Positions 42,437 to 52,254 of a DNA stretch of 64,000 nucleotides are shown piece by piece (the first letter of the stretch is position 1; each line of letters begins with the position of its first letter). This stretch comes from Nitrosopumilus sp. (lineage in GTDB: Archaea > Thermoproteota > Nitrososphaeria > Nitrososphaerales > Nitrosopumilaceae). A program made the position numbers and the translations under genes. Where the stretch lies: contig OZ242186.1 of the NCBI GenBank assembly GCA_965205675.1, forward strand, positions 1,056,001 to 1,120,000, in the 5' to 3' direction. The notes beneath the pieces are model-generated. The model searched no databases. It saw nothing but the letters and a program-made list of their open reading frames with translations, and was not told the origin of the DNA.

Positions 42437-42865
42437 TGTGAAGATTGTGGTGAACACATCACATATTCTAAAAATCGCATGCAAACTCATGCAGAACTTT
42501 TGAAAAACATCGATGTCCAAAATGTGGGAATTTTGCATTAAAAACATTAAGTTCAGATATTTAATTGAAACATGGGCATAACTATTTACAAAAGATGATA
42601 AATTGTTAGTTTTACAAAATCGAGCCTAGGCGTTAAACCCCCCTTGAAAATTAGTATGTTTAGGCATAATACGAAATTTTCAAAATCAGGCGTTTTGGTG
42701 GGGGGTTGAACACTTGTGCCTACATACAATATGCAACCCTAATTCCACCCAGCTCTACCATCTAAACATGCCCAAACTATTATTGTCGTGCGTAAAAGCT
42801 CAACCCCTTATTTTTTGATAAAAATGTGGATTTGGTTGAAAAAATAGTGCAAAAAATAAACAAAA

Positions 42866-43375
42866 TTATTTCAAAACTTTGTAATGTAATTGAATCAAAT
42901 GATCATAATCTATTGTTTTTAACAATTCAAGTTTTGATTCATTCTTGATATTAGTAAATAATGGAATACCATCACCAAGAACGATTGGAATAACAGACAA
43001 GATTATTTCATCCACAAATCCCAGATTCATGAAAGTTGAAATTATTTGTGACCCACCAATTAACCAAATATCCAGTCCAGGAACAAAAAGAATCTCTTGC
43101 ATCAATTTTTTAACATTATTTACAAAGTGAACATTTTTGTCTTTATTTTGATTATTGTTTCTAGTAAACACGTATGATTTCTTATCCTGGTACGGATATG
43201 CTCCAAATGATAGCACTTGATCGTGTGTATTTTTACCCATAATTACAGTATCAATAGATTTGTAAAAATCATCATGTCCAGAAGGCATATTTTTTGAAAA
43301 CCAGTCCACATCACCGTTATTTTTGGCAATATACCCATCCAAGCTTGTGGCAATGTATAAAATAATTTTTCTCAT
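42866..43375 (-). CDS. Dihydrofolate reductase/RibD C-terminal family protein
   Basis: IATSLDGYIA, IMGKNT, WLIGG, VDEI..IPIVLGDGIPLF. Confidence 0.9.
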   Translation of the reverse strand: MRKIILYIATSLDGYIAKNNGDVDWFSKNMPSGHDDFYKSIDTVIMGKNTHDQVLSFGAYPYQDKKSYVFTRNNNQNKDKNVHFVNNVKKLMQEILFVPGLDIWLIGGSQIISTFMNLGFVDEIILSVIPIVLGDGIPLFTNIKNESKLELLKTIDYDHLIQLHYKVLK

Positions 43376-43453
43376 AAGACTTGTCAAAAAGAGATAGTTA
43401 ATAATCACATGTTGAATCATAAATTTTGATAAAAATGCTTCTAAAACCGGTTC

Positions 43454-44555
43454 TATACTCTCTAACAAAATTTTATGATCTGTTGATCTGATTTATTTTA
43501 CCAAATGCCATATTGATCAAAACATTACACATCAAACCATGAATAATCAAAAATTAATTCAAGCATACAAAGATGAAAAGAACGTCAAGGTAAAAGAAAG
43601 GCTATTTTTGATAAAGCGAGTATTACTTGAGAACCAAATTGCATCACATGTTGCAAAGAATCTTGGACGTGTACGTTCATGGGCATACAAATGGTTAGAT
43701 AGATTTGCAGAATATGGAATTGCAGGACTGCAAGACTTGCCTAGAACTGGCAGACCAACTAGTATACCAAAAAAGAAACTAGTCAGCATTCAACTACAAA
43801 TTGCAGAAAAACAATCCGGCTGGAGTGCAAAGCAAGTGATGAATCTGATTTATCAAAAATCAGGTGTAAAATATCATGAGGTTCATGTGTACAGATTATT
43901 ACACAAATGGGGATTTGTTCCAAAGGTTGCAGCAAAGAGATTTGTAAATTCAGCTAGTGTTGAGGAAAAACTCTGGTTTAAAAAAACTCCAAAGAACAAA
44001 TAGCCTCAAAAATAGCAAAAGGCTTTACAGTTCTTGCACAAGATGAGTCCATCTTTACTGCTGATGCGATATTTAGAAAAAAGATGTGGGTAAAGAAAGG
44101 AACCCGTCCAATTATTCTAGTAAACGGGTCACATCAAAAAACAATCATTTTTGGTGCACTGACTCATGACGGCAGGCAATTATTCAGACAATATGAAAAA
44201 TTTGATCAGTACTGTTTTTTGGATTATCTAAAGGAATTGCACAGAAAGTTTGGCAAGATTCTAGTCTATGTAGACCGAGCACCACAACACAGATCAAAAC
44301 TAGTACAAAAATATCTTGATGAGAATGCAGATGATGTTCTATTGAATTGGTTTCCAAAAGGCTCACCACAGTTCAATGCAGTTGAGGAAGTATGGAAGCA
44401 AGGAAAATACAATTTGTTGGTGTCACAGTATCAACCATCTCTAAGTAATCTGAAAAATAACATCTCCAAATATTACAGAACCAGACGATTCAATTTAGAC
44501 ATTCTCAAGTATATGCAACGAGAGGATGGTTGACGAACTTATGTTAGGAAGTATA
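43454..44555 (+). mobile_element. IS630-family element, subtype B; two ORFs joined by a probable -1 frameshift
   Basis: Imperfect IRs TATACT..CTAACA. TTT-AAA-AAA-A near 43977-43986 leads into the QDES, VDRAPQH and SPQFNAVE frame. Confidence 0.9.
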
Positions 44556-44657
44556 AATGAGTAAGCATTGTGCCATAAACAACACTCAATTAAGACTTTC
44601 TTCCCCCCTTGTTCAATCCTCAAAACAATCATTCTTTAGATAAATCCACTAAAGAAT

Positions 44658-45731
44658 AGACCTCTTGCGTAATTACAAACAAAATCTTATCTTTCATTGA
44701 ATTTAATTTCAAATAATTTCTAATCTTATGGAATCACAACAAACTCTTGCTTCCATCTTGTCTTGAAATTTACAATTCCACATACGATGTCACTTATTGC
44801 ATCATACCTGCACAATCTGTTCCTAAATGTCTCAGAATTAATCCTAAACTTTTTGATTTGAGAGATAATATGTTCTACTTTTATTCGGATTCTTGACTGT
44901 ATCTTGTTCCATTCCTTTTGATGTATGGTCAGTTTTTTTCCTTTCTTTTTCTTGTATGGTAGAATGCTTGTCTGTTCTGGGAAATCTTTTTCCACTCCCA
45001 AATACCCAAGGTCATAAGATATCATCACATCTTCGTGTAGTGCAGGATACTTTATTTTCAGTATGGCATAATCATGTTTTTTACCTGGAGAATGTGGGGG
45101 TTTGTGGATTATCTCACCTTTCTGGTTTACGGTGATTTGGTTTTTTATTGTGTGTTTTTTTGCCTGAATAGTGAGTCTTTCTTTTCTTTTTGTTCTGGGG
45201 TCTTGGGATTGGTTGTTCAGTACCATCAGTCATTGCAATTAATTCAGGAAAGAACAGTTGGAGTTGCTGTACATCATTTATTTTTTTGGAATCAGAGTAT
45301 AGTTTTGCAGGAATAGGAACTGTTTTTCTTACTGCAGGCTCTAAATCTGATGTTTCTGTAGACGTTGCTCTGGTCTAATCCAAACAGATATCCTGTCAAC
45401 TCGCATGTCAGGTACATCCGATAGTAAACAAACAACATTACAAGCTGGTCTTCAAGACTCAAATCAAACTTTCGCCCAGCTCCGATACTTCTTTTTCTCT
45501 TTGCTTTGGATAATCTCTTCTTTTCTTCTATACGGTGATTCTTTCTGACATCCTTTAGAATCACATCAAACTGTTGCCTGGTCACTCCAGTAAAAGAGAG
45601 AAGGGATTTTGGCTTTTTTGAGAGTTGCTTGTATGTTAACATGAAATGTGTTAGGTTGTTCTTAGCTTTGGATCTTGCTGTGAAGGAATTTGTGTAATAT
45701 GGTAAAATATGTCTAATTACGCAAGAGGTCT
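44658..45731 (-). mobile_element. IS5-family element, copy 2 (additional frameshifts)
   Basis: Same IRs and ORFs as 36775-37853. Confidence 0.92.
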
Positions 45732-46707
45732 ATTCATAAAATTCTGATTCAACATTAACATGTTTGCACTGTCTCCAAATCTCTTCAATCATACTCAAAT
45801 GCGGGGAGCCTCTCAGAAGATATGCCAGTTTGACATCTTCGTTTTTACGCAGATATTTTTTTACATCATTAGCTTTGTGTTGTGGTGCTCTATCGACGAT
45901 AACAAATATTTTTCCAAATTTTCTACGAGCTGCCTCCAAATAATCTATAAATGCAATTGAATTAAATTTTTCATACGATCTAAAATTTTTTGATTATCAT
46001 CATTTCCATAAACCAAAAATCTTTGGTGCGATCCTCTCCAACGTACAATCATTCGTTGGTGTACATCTGTCCAGTATTTTTTACCAAGACGTACATCGTC
46101 GACAAATACTGATTCGTCTTGGATAAATACTGTAAAACCTTTCTTTTTTGCCTTTTCTATGCGTGAAATGATGCGGTTTTTCCACTTGCGGCACACATCC
46201 TTGGATGCTGCTCGCACATGTACCTTTTGTGGAACCTTTGGTTTTAGATTCCATTTGTGCATCAAACGACGCACATGAGTGATATGATATGTAATGCGTG
46301 TTCTGTAAAATATGAATTGTATCAGTTTTTTTTGGAGTCATTCCATCTGAAATTTTCTTAAATGTACGCTCTATTTTTTGTAATTTTTTGTGTGAAATTA
46401 ATGGCGGACGGCCAGAACGAGGGGTGGTCCTCCAGGCCCTCCAATCCATATCTTTCAAATGAATCAAGCCAATTCCTTACAGAATTATATGTACAAAACA
46501 TTTGTCTTGCAGTTTCAGCAATTGTGGATTCGTTGATTTTGATAATGCACATTGCATGTAATCTTGTTTTTTTGTGAATATTTTTTTTCTTTTTTGTAGA
46601 CCTGGAGTAACTCGTCATTTGTGATGTCAATGAAATTATTTCTAACTACTGATCAAAAAGTATTGCTATTTGTTTTGAAAAATTGCAAAGAATTATGCTC
46701 CGAGGTA
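45732..46707 (-). mobile_element. IS630 subtype C, truncated and frameshifted copy
   Basis: Matches 50551-51534; the 3' end is removed at the IS5 junction. Confidence 0.9.
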
Positions 46708-46828
46708 TAAGTCCAGGAAAGTTTTTGTTGTACATCAAAGAAATGGAATGGAGATACAACAACAGAGATAAAGACACTTTCTCATTATTGTTAGATTATG
46801 TGTTGGTGGTGAATAATTGATAATCACC
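46708..46828 (+). pseudogene. IS1595 transposase C-terminus plus terminal IR
   Basis: SPGKFLLYIKEMEWRYNNRDKDTFSLLLDYVL followed by ..GATAATCACC. Confidence 0.7.
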
Positions 46829-46950
46829 TAGAGATTTTTTCTCAAATTTTGTATTTTAACAGAATTCATACCTGAAAATTCAAATTTCTCAACCAATTTG
46901 AAAAATCCTGCAGCAAAATTCACGCCTAGAAATAATTACGCAAGACGTCT
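46829..46950. mobile_element. 140-bp MITE, copy 3 (left IR lost)
   Basis: Same interior and right IR as 41767-41906. Confidence 0.88.
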
Positions 46951-47069
46951 AATTATTCACTAAATGATCTGTTTTGAGATGAGTTGGATAGGCCATAGGT
47001 AAATTTACGAAGAAATGCCTCTAGATATAATGCGTTTCAACTATATACTAAAATAATTTAAGATATTTT

Positions 47070-47555
47070 ATGGCAGGAATGGGAGTTATGATAGTGATTG
47101 GAGCAACAATAGCATCAATGGTTGTTGCAAATTTCATGTATACCCAATATACTACAAATTTCATCGAATCTACAGTAGGAGAGAAGGTGATAGTAGGGCC
47201 CGTAGAATATATGGTAACTTTTGAGGGAACTCACAAGGGGAGCAGAGAAGCAGTTCCAGAAAATATTTTTGTAAAAATTGGAATTACTGCAAAAAATACA
47301 GGGGATGAAAAAACACTGTTTTCGGGAGGGCAATTATACATTGTAGATGAAAAAGAACAAAAACACGAGGCATTTTATGGTGAATTTTCATCCAAAGACT
47401 TGTGGGTAGATTGGTTAGAGCCAGGGCAAGAGATTGAGAGAACCACACAATTCGATATTCCATTTGATGATGAAAAACAATACAAAATAATTATTCGTCC
47501 ACAAAAGGAACAATCAACTGTAGATACAGCTTTGATTTGTATTACAAATTGTTGA
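47070..47555 (+). CDS. DUF4352-like membrane-anchored protein
   Basis: TM anchor; FVKIGITAKNTG..LEPG..FDIP. Confidence 0.7.
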   Translation: MAGMGVMIVIGATIASMVVANFMYTQYTTNFIESTVGEKVIVGPVEYMVTFEGTHKGSREAVPENIFVKIGITAKNTGDEKTLFSGGQLYIVDEKEQKHEAFYGEFSSKDLWVDWLEPGQEIERTTQFDIPFDDEKQYKIIIRPQKEQSTVDTALICITNC

Positions 47556-47657
47556 TCGGTAATTTCAAAAAAACAAAAAAAGTGTCAAATTTTTCTATAT
47601 AATGTGTAGTAATGTGTGACTTTTACCATATAACACCTATGATTTTCGGAAACAGTC

Positions 47658-47996
47658 ATGGCAATATCTAAAGCCAAAAGAGCCGAAGCAGCTAAGAAAG
47701 CAGCAAGAACTCGAAAGAGGAATGCAGCTAAGAAAGCAGCAGAGGCATTAAAAGCAGCAGCAGCACGTAAGAGAAAGGCAGCAGCAACTCGAAGGAAGAA
47801 GGCAGGTAAAAAAGCCGCTCCAAAGAGACGAACAGCAGTAAAAAGAAAAGCCGCTCCAAAACGTAAAGCTGTTGCTAAGAAAAAAGCCGCTCCAAAGAGA
47901 AAGGCAGCAGTAAAAAGAAAAGCCGCTCCAAAACGTAAAGCTGTTGCTAAGAAAAAAGCCGCTCCAAAGAGAAAGGCAGCTAAACGTCGTCGTTAA
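47658..47996 (+). CDS. Lys/Ala/Arg-rich histone H1-like protein
   Basis: Repeated ~10-aa K(K/R)KAAPKRKA units with matching DNA-level tandem repeats. Confidence 0.8.
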   Translation: MAISKAKRAEAAKKAARTRKRNAAKKAAEALKAAAARKRKAAATRRKKAGKKAAPKRRTAVKRKAAPKRKAVAKKKAAPKRKAAVKRKAAPKRKAVAKKKAAPKRKAAKRRR

Positions 47997-48077
47997 GCTG
48001 TCTAAACTATCTTTTTTGAATTCACTCTACTGAATGTATTATATTTCTAAATTCGAATTTAGAAACATCTTGAATTG

Positions 48078-48494
48078 TTACTCTTGCATCTTTAGTTCAG
48101 GTAAAACAAAAACTTTGTTTGGTTTTATTTTCAGTATGATTCTTTTTTCATCATCACGTTTGAATGGATAATGTTGGCGGCTCATGTATTGTTGTGTTAG
48201 CTTGTCTGCATGTTTGTATTCATAGTCGGGAATTAATTCATCAACGGTTCCACGAATAGTTGTCATGTCAAGAGGATTATCGTTTGACACAACAGATACT
48301 GCAACTCTAGGATCACGTAAAACATTTTTGTGTTTTATTCTACCTTCTGCTGTGTTTACTAAAACATATCCATCTTCATAATTTGCCCAGACAGGAGAAA
48401 CTTGAGGAGAACCATCTTTCATTACAGTTGCAATGTAGACAAGATTTTTTTCTGAAAACAGTTTGATTACTTTATCATCCATGATTTTCATCAT
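48078..48494 (-). CDS. PPOX-class F420-dependent oxidoreductase
   Basis: IATVMKDGSPQVSPVW..K.KNVLRDPRVAV. Confidence 0.9.
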   Translation of the reverse strand: MMKIMDDKVIKLFSEKNLVYIATVMKDGSPQVSPVWANYEDGYVLVNTAEGRIKHKNVLRDPRVAVSVVSNDNPLDMTTIRGTVDELIPDYEYKHADKLTQQYMSRQHYPFKRDDEKRIILKIKPNKVFVLPELKMQE

Positions 48495-48628
48495 TTAAGA
48501 TTACAGAACTCTATTTTTGTCTTGGGATAAAAAATGCACAAAAACACTCTCAAAATGTGTCTGCAAGAAATAACATTGAAGATTCATCTTGATCGGTTTT
48601 AGATGATTCATCATTATAGTGTCAACTG

Positions 48629-49129
48629 TTATTTTTTACTTGATTTTTCAAGAACATTAGTCATTGCCCGATTCATTATCTCCATTATAAGATATTGAGA
48701 GTATTCTTCAGATTTTTTGCCCTTGGATTTAGTTTTCGGAGTTAATCCTTTGAGGATTTTTTCAATTTTTGTCGAGGTATTTGTAATGATTTTAGAATAT
48801 GTAAAATCAAAATCATCAGGAGTTTGAAAATCTAATAATTTTGTAGATGTGCTATAGAATTTAGTAATGGCTCCACGAGATTCTTCAATTCTAGCAATTT
48901 CAATTAATCCAGATTCTTTTAGAATTTCTAAATGATGACGGACAGTGGTTAGTGCTTTTTTGTATCCAATCTTTTTCAAGGCTGTTGAGATTTGATCAGC
49001 AGATAATGCTTGATGGTATAAAATTTCAACAATTTTTGCTCGTGCAGGGTCATCAATTGCACGTGCGTGTCCAATACTTGTCGTAACAGTACGATTTACT
49101 TTGATTTGCTTTTCTAGTAACGTAGACAT
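48629..49129 (-). CDS. ArsR-like wHTH transcriptional regulator
   Basis: DPARAKIVEIL..TTVRHHLEILKESGLI. Confidence 0.88.
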   Translation of the reverse strand: MSTLLEKQIKVNRTVTTSIGHARAIDDPARAKIVEILYHQALSADQISTALKKIGYKKALTTVRHHLEILKESGLIEIARIEESRGAITKFYSTSTKLLDFQTPDDFDFTYSKIITNTSTKIEKILKGLTPKTKSKGKKSEEYSQYLIMEIMNRAMTNVLEKSSKK

Positions 49130-49243
49130 ACAGAACTACCTTTCAAACAGATCTAAAAGATCCTTGTATCATATTTTTTGTCTAATCGCATCAATTTTTC
49201 TTTACTTTAATTGAAATTGGACTGCTACTATTTTTATGATAAC

Positions 49244-49306
49244 CAGTACAATATGTATAGTAATGTAACCAATGTATGTAATAGCATTACAATAAGTATA
49301 GTAATG
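49244..49306. promoter_or_regulatory. Tandem 22-bp CATTAC-N10-GTAATG boxes upstream of the ArsR-like gene
   Basis: CAGTACaatatgtataGTAATG (49244) and CATTACaataagtataGTAATG (49285). Confidence 0.55.
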
Positions 49307-49474
49307 AACAGATAATTATTGTAACGGTTTTAAAATTTTGAAAAAATATCAAAAAAGACAAATTCTGAAAAACATGTTAGCAAATAAGTCATCAAGGTGT
49401 TATTTTGCAAAGGATCAAAAATAAAATTCGAGTTGAGAGTTAGCTTCCAGTCAACAATGAATCAAGAATTAGAG

Positions 49475-50299
49475 TTACAGAGAATAGCCAGTTAATTTTT
49501 CATATGCAGTAACATAACGTTCTGTCATCTTTAAGATAATCTCTGTAGGAATTTCTGGTGCAGTAGGTTCTTGTCCTGCATCACGTTGCTCATCAAATTG
49601 TTTTTGATATCCATTAGTAGTCAACCAGTCACGTAGCAATTGTTTATCATATGCTTCTTGAATTTTTCCAACTTTAAAGGAATCTTTAGGCCATAAGCGA
49701 TATTCATCAGGACCAATTGAATCACCCAAAGTGATTTGATTATCTAATAATCCAAATTCTAATTTTAAATCAGCCAAGATAAATCCAACACCATCTGCAA
49801 CTTTGGCCATTTTTGTATAGATGTCAATTGAAGTTTTCTCTAACCATGTGTATTGTTCTTCTGTAACTAGATTCATCTCTAATGCTTTTGTTTTGTTTAT
49901 CGGAATATCATGTTCAGATTTTGTGGTAGGATCAAAGAAAGGTTCAGGTAGTTTTGCAGCAAGTGTTGTATCAGTTCCTTTAGAAACAGCAACCTCGCCT
50001 TTTTTCCATCTACTAACCAAACTGCCATAAAAATAGCCTCTAACCACACATTCTATAGGCAACATTTTCATCTTTTTTACGACAATCTCAGTGTCAGATT
50101 CTCGTCTGATGAAATGGTTGGGTACAGAAAGTTCATTGAACCAAAACTCTGCAAATTTGCAAAGAATCTCACCTTTTCTAGGAATGTCTTGTTTGAATTT
50201 TACATCATAAGCTGAAACCCTATCTGAGAATTTGAATAAAAGACTAGAATCATCTACATCATAAAGATCCTTTACTTTGCCACGTGTAAGAAACTTCAA
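49475..50299 (-). CDS. purC: SAICAR synthase
   Basis: GKVKDLY, SDRVSAYD, ECVVRGY, ADLKLEFG, PDEYRLW. Confidence 0.96.
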   Translation of the reverse strand: MKFLTRGKVKDLYDVDDSSLLFKFSDRVSAYDVKFKQDIPRKGEILCKFAEFWFNELSVPNHFIRRESDTEIVVKKMKMLPIECVVRGYFYGSLVSRWKKGEVAVSKGTDTTLAAKLPEPFFDPTTKSEHDIPINKTKALEMNLVTEEQYTWLEKTSIDIYTKMAKVADGVGFILADLKLEFGLLDNQITLGDSIGPDEYRLWPKDSFKVGKIQEAYDKQLLRDWLTTNGYQKQFDEQRDAGQEPTAPEIPTEIILKMTERYVTAYEKLTGYSL

Positions 50300-50444
50300 A
50301 CAATTATAGCTAATTTTGATAGAATTTAACTGCTAGGAGTATAACGATCTAAGCTTCAACTGAAAATTTCAAATTATGGCATCAAGACAACAGTTCAACA
50401 CCTTTTCAGAGTTTTCTGATCGTGGAACATCATACCTTTAGTTT

Positions 50445-51534
50445 TACCCCAGATCATAAGTCTTTTCAATTTATTGTTCTTGCAAAATACTGATACATAT
50501 TCAAATTGAATTTGTGCGTTCTAAAATATTCCATAACTGTATACCTCATTTCATGAATAGATTCATAAAATTCTGATTCAACATTAACATGTTTGCACTG
50601 TCTCCAAACCTCTTCAATCATACTCAAATGTGGAGAACCTCTCAGAAGATATGCCAGTTTGACATCTTTGTTTTTACGCAGATATTTTTTTACATCATTA
50701 GCTTTGTGTTGCGGCGCTCTATCGACGATAACAAATATTTTTCCAAATTTTCTACGAGCTGCTTCCAGATAATCTATAAATGCAATTGAATTAAATTTTT
50801 CATACGATCTAAAGAAACTTTGATTATCATCATTTCCATAAACCAAAAATCTTTGATGTGATCCTCTCCAACGTACAATTAATCTTTGGTGTGCATCTGT
50901 CCAGTATTTTTTACCAAGACGTACATCGTCTACAAATACTGACTCGTCTTGGATAAATACTGTAAAACCTTTCTTTTTTGCCTTTTCTATGCGTGAAATG
51001 ATGCGGTTTTTCCACTTGCGGCACGTATCCTTGGATGCTGCTCGCACATGTACCTTTTGTGGAACCTTTGGTTTTAGATTCCATTTGTGCATCAAAGGAC
51101 GCACGTGAGTGATATGATATGTGATGTGTGTTCTGTAAAATATGAATTGTATCAGTTTTTTTGGAGTCATGCCGTCTGAAATTTTCTTAAATGCACGCTC
51201 TATTTTTTGTAATGCTTTATGTGAAATTAATGGCGGACGGCCAGAACGAGGGAGATCCTCCAGGCCCTCTAGTCCGTATTTTTCAAATGAATCAAGCCAA
51301 TTCCTTACAGAATTATATGTACAAAACATTTGGCTTGCAGTTTCAGCAATTGTGGATTCGTTGATTTTGATAATGCACATTGCATGTAATCTTGTTTTTT
51401 TGTGAATATTTTTTTCTTTTTTGTAGGCCTGGAGTAACTCGTCATTTGTGATGTCCATGAAATTATTTCTAATTACTGATCAAAAAGTATTGCTATTTGT
51501 TTTGAAAAATTGCAAAGAATTATGCTCCAAGGTA
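50445..51534 (-). mobile_element. IS630 subtype C, intact copy
   Basis: TA-bounded imperfect IRs TACCCCAGATCATAAGTCTTT / TACCTTGGAGCATAATTCTTT. Confidence 0.92.
50466..51458 (-). CDS. IS630-family transposase (full length)
   Basis: HTH/GRP, QDES, VDRAPQH, SPHLSMIEEVW. Confidence 0.93.
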   Translation of the reverse strand: MDITNDELLQAYKKEKNIHKKTRLHAMCIIKINESTIAETASQMFCTYNSVRNWLDSFEKYGLEGLEDLPRSGRPPLISHKALQKIERAFKKISDGMTPKKLIQFIFYRTHITYHITHVRPLMHKWNLKPKVPQKVHVRAASKDTCRKWKNRIISRIEKAKKKGFTVFIQDESVFVDDVRLGKKYWTDAHQRLIVRWRGSHQRFLVYGNDDNQSFFRSYEKFNSIAFIDYLEAARRKFGKIFVIVDRAPQHKANDVKKYLRKNKDVKLAYLLRGSPHLSMIEEVWRQCKHVNVESEFYESIHEMRYTVMEYFRTHKFNLNMYQYFARTIN

Positions 51535-51582
51535 TACATGGCATCAGTTACAATATTTCTTAGAAAAACTAAAACGTTTTAG

Positions 51583-51981
51583 TTACTTTGCTAGTTGTGT
51601 AACTAAATCAGTAGAGGTAATTATTCCAACAATTTTACCATTTTCAGTAACTGCCAGTTTTCTAATTTTTTTACTAGTCATTCTTTGAGCTGCTGCAGAT
51701 ATTAGTTCATTGTGGTTTATCGTAATTAATGGGGAAGACATTATTTTTTCTACAAAAGTATCAAAAGGCAAATTATTTGCAACAATTTTGGTTGCAAAAT
51801 CTCTATCTGTCACAATTCCCACAGGATTTTCTTTTTCTTTTACAATGATTGCCCCTATCCCTCCCTGTTCCATCATTTTTGCAATTTGCAATGCCGTAGT
51901 AAAAGTAGGAACAGTAATCAAAGATTTAGTCATTATATCCTGAACTGCGATAGAAGAATATGCAAAATCTTTGTGGCTCAT
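51583..51981 (-). CDS. CBS-domain protein
   Basis: Tandem CBS motifs (VQDIMT..VGIVTDRD; IMSSPLIT..VGIITSTD). Confidence 0.92.
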   Translation of the reverse strand: MSHKDFAYSSIAVQDIMTKSLITVPTFTTALQIAKMMEQGGIGAIIVKEKENPVGIVTDRDFATKIVANNLPFDTFVEKIMSSPLITINHNELISAAAQRMTSKKIRKLAVTENGKIVGIITSTDLVTQLAK

Positions 51982-52089
51982 TATCTGTTTAAGGGATTAT
52001 AATATTTAGGTGATTGTAAACCTATTACTCCCAAACTAATTTTATGTAATTATCCATGTGAATTGTTTTTATACATTTCCTCTCTTTCT

Positions 52090-52254
52090 ATACATCAGGG
52101 CATGGCTTTCGCTAGAGAATGGTTTCAATCAAAAGATGGCAGACATGTATCCATACGAGACTATTCTCTCAATGCTATCTTCATCCTAGTTAGGATTGTT
52201 CGCAGTTATTAGACGAGGCCTTGTCCCTCAATAATTACAACGCGACTTGCAGTC
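52090..52254 (-). ncRNA. Predicted bridge/seek RNA with target- and donor-binding loops
   Basis: Two loops share the scaffold ..AT-TGAG-N8/9-CTCG-T..AT-A. The variable arms match the flanks (9/9 and 7/7) and the element ends (6/7 and 6/7). Exact RNA ends are unknown. Confidence 0.75.

Noticed and set aside
42625-42810. AAACCCCC/GGGGGTTGAA imperfect inverted motifs
   Set aside because: Possibly old IS ends, but too degenerate to delimit
43970-44005. -1 frameshift in IS630-B as a novelty
   Set aside because: A well-known feature of IS630 elements at this position
11283-51490. Shared ACTGATCAAAAAG motif near several transposase starts
   Set aside because: Mostly within related IS630 elements at the promoter position; homology is a sufficient explanation
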